Assembly: GCF_006345805.1 (NCBI RefSeq)
Contig: NC_043013.1
Location: 7,254,001 to 7,318,000, forward strand
DNA: 64,000 bases
From: Octopus sinensis
Lineage: Eukaryota
Reading direction: 5' to 3'
The translations under genes and the position numbers were made by a program. Shown here piece after piece: positions 1 to 64,000 of this stretch (its first letter is position 1; every line of letters begins with the position of its first letter). A model generated the notes under the pieces. That model had not been told where the DNA came from. It saw only the letters and a program-made list of their open reading frames with translations, and did no database searches.

Positions 1-88
1 TTTAAACCCAAACCAAATGATAACAAAGGAGATCTACTGCAAGCAGCTTGTGCAAATTAAGTAAGCACTAGAAGAAAAACAACCATCC

Positions 89-360
89 TTGGTTTCAAGA
101 CAAAAGGTGTTCTTCCATCAGGATAATGCTCAGCCACATGCAGCAAGGATGACATTCCAAAGGGTGGAAAAGTTTGAATGGGAAAGAATGCCCCACCCAC
201 CATATTTGCCAGACATTATCCCATCTGGTTATCATTTATTCTGCAGTATTCAGTTGGATGGAAAAAATATGAATTCTGTACATGAGGTCAGAATGATACT
301 GGAGGAGTATTTTTTGTCATGGACAAGAGAATTTTAGAAGAGGATCCTTGCAAGTCTAAT
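89..360 (+). mobile_element. Decayed mariner transposase fragment (DD34D C-terminal part)
   Basis: HQDNAQPH and HPPYLPDIIPSGYHLF resemble mariner HDNARPH and HPPYSPDLAPSDYHLF; ends in a stop. Confidence 0.85.
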
Positions 361-814
361 TATGCAAGTCTAACTATGCAAGTCTAACTATGCAAGTCTA
401 ACTATGCAAATCTAACTATGCAAGTCTAACTATGCAAGTCTAACTATGCAAATTTAACTATGCAAGTCTAACTATGCAAGTGTAACTATGCAAGTCTAAC
501 TATGCAAATCTAACTATGCAAGTCTAACTATGCAAGTCTAACTATGCAAGTCTAACTATGCAAGTCTAACTATGCAAATCTAACTATGCAAGTCTAACTA
601 TGCAAGTCTAACTATGCAAATTTAACTATGCAAGTCTAACTATGCAAGTGTAACTATGCAAGTCTAACTATGCAAATCTAACTATGCAAGTCTAACTATG
701 CAAGTCTAACTATGCAAGTCTAACTATGCAAATCTAACTATGCAAGTGTAACTATGCAAGTGTAACTATGCAAGTCTAACTATGCAAGTCTAACTATGCA
801 AGTCTAACTATGCA
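361..814. repeat. 14-bp minisatellite (TATGCAAGTCTAAC) x32 plus partial
   Basis: Units counted directly; variant units recur at 168-bp spacing. Confidence 0.97.
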
Positions 815-1261
815 GCCACAGTTTTCTTGATATTAGTAATATCAATAAAACCATTTATCTCCCTCAATTTCCATAATTTCCATTTGTACATTAACTCACA
901 GAACCAATCCAAAACATAAACCGAAAGACAACTGTATTTCATACAGTCACAACTTACAGATTCCTCCCATGTACGATGTTAAGCTCCATGTTGTTCCATG
1001 TATAGCAACCAGTGCTCCAGCTGTAATTATTCAATTCTGTCATGTTTTTTTTTTTTTGGCTTTTTTTTGTTTTTGTGTAATGATTTATATCCCAGACGAG
1101 GTTCTCACTATATTCGTCAGTTTAAGGTGAACATGCCGAAATAATACTAACTAATTTACTTGTCAATCACTTTAAACAAACTACAGCTTCCAAATTGAGA
1201 TAAACTTCATTTTTCTTACATTATATATTTGATCTATGTTTTCTTCTGTCACTTTCATAAA

Positions 1262-1279
1262 GATAATAACGACAACAAC

Positions 1280-1314
<35 letters not shown>

Positions 1315-1451
1315 TAATAATAATAATGATAATGATAATAATAATGATAATAATGATAATCATAATAATAATAATAATAATTATAATAATAATGATAATA
1401 ATAATAATAATGATAAAAATAATGATAATAATGATAGTAATGATAATAATA

Positions 1452-1482
<31 letters not shown>

Positions 1483-1560
1483 AATAATGATAATAATGAT
1501 AATAATAATGATAATAATGATAATAATGATAATAATAATAATAATAATGATAATAATACT
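1262..1560. repeat. (AAT/GAT)n microsatellite
   Basis: Direct inspection; source of the poly-N and poly-I ORFs. Confidence 0.95.
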
Positions 1561-2159
1561 GGTATCAGCAGTGGTGATTGTTGTAGTTATTGTTGTTTTG
1601 GTAGTGGTGGTGGTGGTAGAATTGCATACAGAGACAATGTCTGGTACTTCAGCCAGAGTATGCAATTCTAAAAATAAAACCCTTTAATTGAAGTAGGGTA
1701 CATCATCGACGTCAGCGTCATTGTCGTCATCATCGTCGTCATCACTGTCATCATCACCACTATCATCATCACTCTGTGCTTGTGTGGGTAAGGCAGAATT
1801 TGTTGAAACAGATTTAGTATGGACACATGCTCTTCCAGTCACTAACCCTCACTTATTCCAATGCAGCATAATATTTCCTGCTGGTCAGACATGTTTTCCA
1901 TCGAAGACTGGAAAGAAACAACATAGCTTATATTATTATGATTTCAATGATGATGATGATGGATGATTCTTGGCCGGTATGCTTTTGATCATAGGTTGTA
2001 ATTATCAGGGCCAACCTGATATTAACCCTTTAGCATTCATATTATTCTGTTAAGTGGAATACCTATTTATTTACATTATTTTGAATTAATCAAGCATTAG
2101 TCTCATACCTTTGAGATTTTGATAATGTGATGTTAGAATGAGTGGGTTCACGGCTGTAT

Positions 2160-2580
2160 TCTACACCAGCTTCATATAACCAGCCCCAGCCTATTTAAAG
2201 TACCTTGGCTCGCAGGATGGCCTGCTGTGCTTACCTTGGATCGTAGGGCGACATGCTGTGCTTGAGGTGACCTATTGAGTCAAGTACATCAACATCTAAA
2301 TAAAAATCAAATGGAAATTGTAGTTGTGATACCCGTGCTGGTGGCACATAAAAAGCACCAACCAATCGTGGCTGTTGCCAGCCTCCTCAGGTCTCTTTGC
2401 TGGTGGCACGTAAAAAGCACCCACTACACACACAGAGTGGTTGGCATTAGGAAGGGCATCCAGCTGTAGAAACACTGCCTGGTGCAGCCTCCTGGCTTCC
2501 AAGTCCCTGATCAAACCATCCAACCCATGCTAGCATGGAAAACGGACGTTAAACGATGATGATAATGATGATGATGATTG
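2160..2580 (+). mobile_element. RTE-type retroposon 3' end with (GAT)n tail
   Basis: Shares ccactacac...ggaagggcatccagctgtagaaac...aaacgatgatgat with the RTE at 33955-35060. Confidence 0.8.
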
Positions 2581-2911
2581 TTGGACATGTGTGAGAAGTC
2601 CAATGAAGCCAGTTTGAGCATAAAACAGGTAAAACATTTTGGCCAGGTATGGCCAGTTTAAATGGTAAACGGTTAAACAATAATGCAATGAAGCAAAACC
2701 CTAAATGGTCACATGACTTGTTAGAAATAACAGCCAAATTGCATATAAGTTATTCTTTAATATCATAAATAAGGAATTGCATATCAAAAAAAAAATATGA
2801 GATGGTTAAGACTGGAATGCTTTTCATAACAAGTGTCCTTGATCAAGATTGACCTTGGGCTAAACAACAACACTTGTATATTTTAATCTCCTTTAATATA
2901 TTCTATTTCAG

Positions 2912-62542
<59,631 letters not shown>

Positions 62543-63921
62543 GTAAATAGCCATCTTTGTTTATTTCTTCTTTGTCTTCGAATGAGGAATACTTCCGTAG
62601 GAAAAAAGTTTCCACAAAAACTGAAAATCCCTGAAATTTTTATCAATTGCAAAGTACAACATAACAAATAACAGAATGAAGGTATTGGTATTACATTTAT
62701 TCTTAAGCTATAAAATAAAATAAATGAGCCCTTTTAAAGCCTCACCAGGCTCATGGGCCTGGTTTCCCTGTTTCAGTGGCATATGTGTTCCCCAGCTGGA
62801 GGGGATGCCAGTCCATCGCAGAATTACTAACTTTTGCCAGCTGAGTGGACTGGAACAACATGAAATGAAGTGTTTTGCTCAAGAACACAACAATGCATCG
62901 CCCGATCCTGGAATCGAAACCACAATCTTACGATCATGATGCTGACACCCTAACCACTAAGCCATGTGCCTCCACATTCTTAAGTTATACCTTAGATAAT
63001 TTAGATATGTTTCTGCCAAAGATTGCCATTGGCCATGTCTAACTCAGCAACTCCTGATAGGATATGTTAAGTTATTTTTAAGTCAAGTTCTGTAGTGTCA
63101 TGGCCCATCCAAGTAAGGACTTGTTGACTGAGATGTATCCAGGTATAGTTGGTTTAGGTATAGATCATCCTTGATCAAGGACACTGTATGGTCAAAGGTA
63201 TTCTAGCCGAGGTCGACTTTGCCTTTCATCCTTTAGGGGTCGATTAAATAAGTACCAGTTACGCACTGGGGTCGATATAATCGACTTAATCCGTTTGTCT
63301 GTCCTTCTTTGTCCCCTCTGTGTTTAGCCCCTTGTGGGTAGTAAAGAAATAGGTATTCTAGCCTGACTTTTTATATGTTGGGAAGTACATTATCCAATGT
63401 GTCTTTTCTTTTTTTTATTAGGATAGTAGGGAGTAATTTGGCTGCAATTTTTAGCAAGTCGAGTAACTATCTAGAGACTATCTTGTTGGCTCCTTGTACA
63501 TATAAAACAAAAATTATAGGCATGGTCAAGTACTTAAGTTGTTCGTTTCATGACCATGTGGTTGCATAGATTGCACCCTGGCAAGTGGCCTTAAGTTGAC
63601 CAATACCTTCAAGAAATTTGTCCTGGTTTCATTTGAAGGTGATGGGATCTTTTTCTTCTTCAATTTGTTTTGGGATAATGTTAAATAGAGCAGGGCCTGC
63701 TGAGGACAGCAGATGGATGAAAAACATAGGTCGAATATATGAACAAATCAATATTGAGATGTTCATGCAGTCTTGATGAGGTGACAGTTTAAAATTACAT
63801 AATTATTGTTTATATTTGTGGTTATATCTTTTTCACCTCGTTAAATGATTTATCTGACCCAGCTGTTGTTGAAAATGTTGTTACTGAGGGGAAAAAATGT
63901 ATAAAGATTGCTGATATTTTC

Positions 63922-63961
<40 letters not shown>

Positions 63962-64000
63962 TGTGTGTGTGTGTGTATGTGTGTGTGTATCATCATCATC

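Noticed and set aside
361-814. Regular short repeats (also 25063-25340 and 19075-20830) as a CRISPR array
   Set aside because: There are no unique spacers or cas genes, and the context is a eukaryotic intron.
1181-1687. Poly-I, poly-N and poly-M ORFs, and similar ones at 5260-5826, 8206-8732, 18290-18674, 41432-42015 and 52257-52736
   Set aside because: They are translations of stop-free microsatellites with no coding signature.

Overview
Eukaryotic, AT-rich, microsatellite- and retroposon-dense DNA, most likely from an octopus (inferred from the repeat families, not verified). The whole window lies inside one + strand gene, furry (fry; FRY/FRYL family, a scaffold of the Hippo/NDR-Trc pathway). 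I traced 26 GT-AG exons from 2912 to 62542 (4191 nt, about 1396 codons) in one continuous, phase-consistent reading frame. Start and stop codons lie outside the window. Introns carry several tRNA-derived SINE families, many 5'-truncated RTE LINE 3' ends with (GAT)n tails, mariner, Tc2-like and hAT MITEs, Helitron/Helentron-type elements, minisatellites and long microsatellites. Most notable observations: (1) a 1637-bp spacerless palindrome (60318-61954) in a fry intron, with a recognisable donor arm; (2) a tRNA-headed SINE that appears to carry a decayed minimal hammerhead ribozyme; (3) an RTE insertion with a 225-bp direct duplication and an inverted local templated insert; (4) a 296-bp higher-order repeat carrying six consensus splice-donor motifs. 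Coordinates were counted by hand; repeat boundaries are approximate. Comparisons with human FRY and repeat consensuses are from memory.
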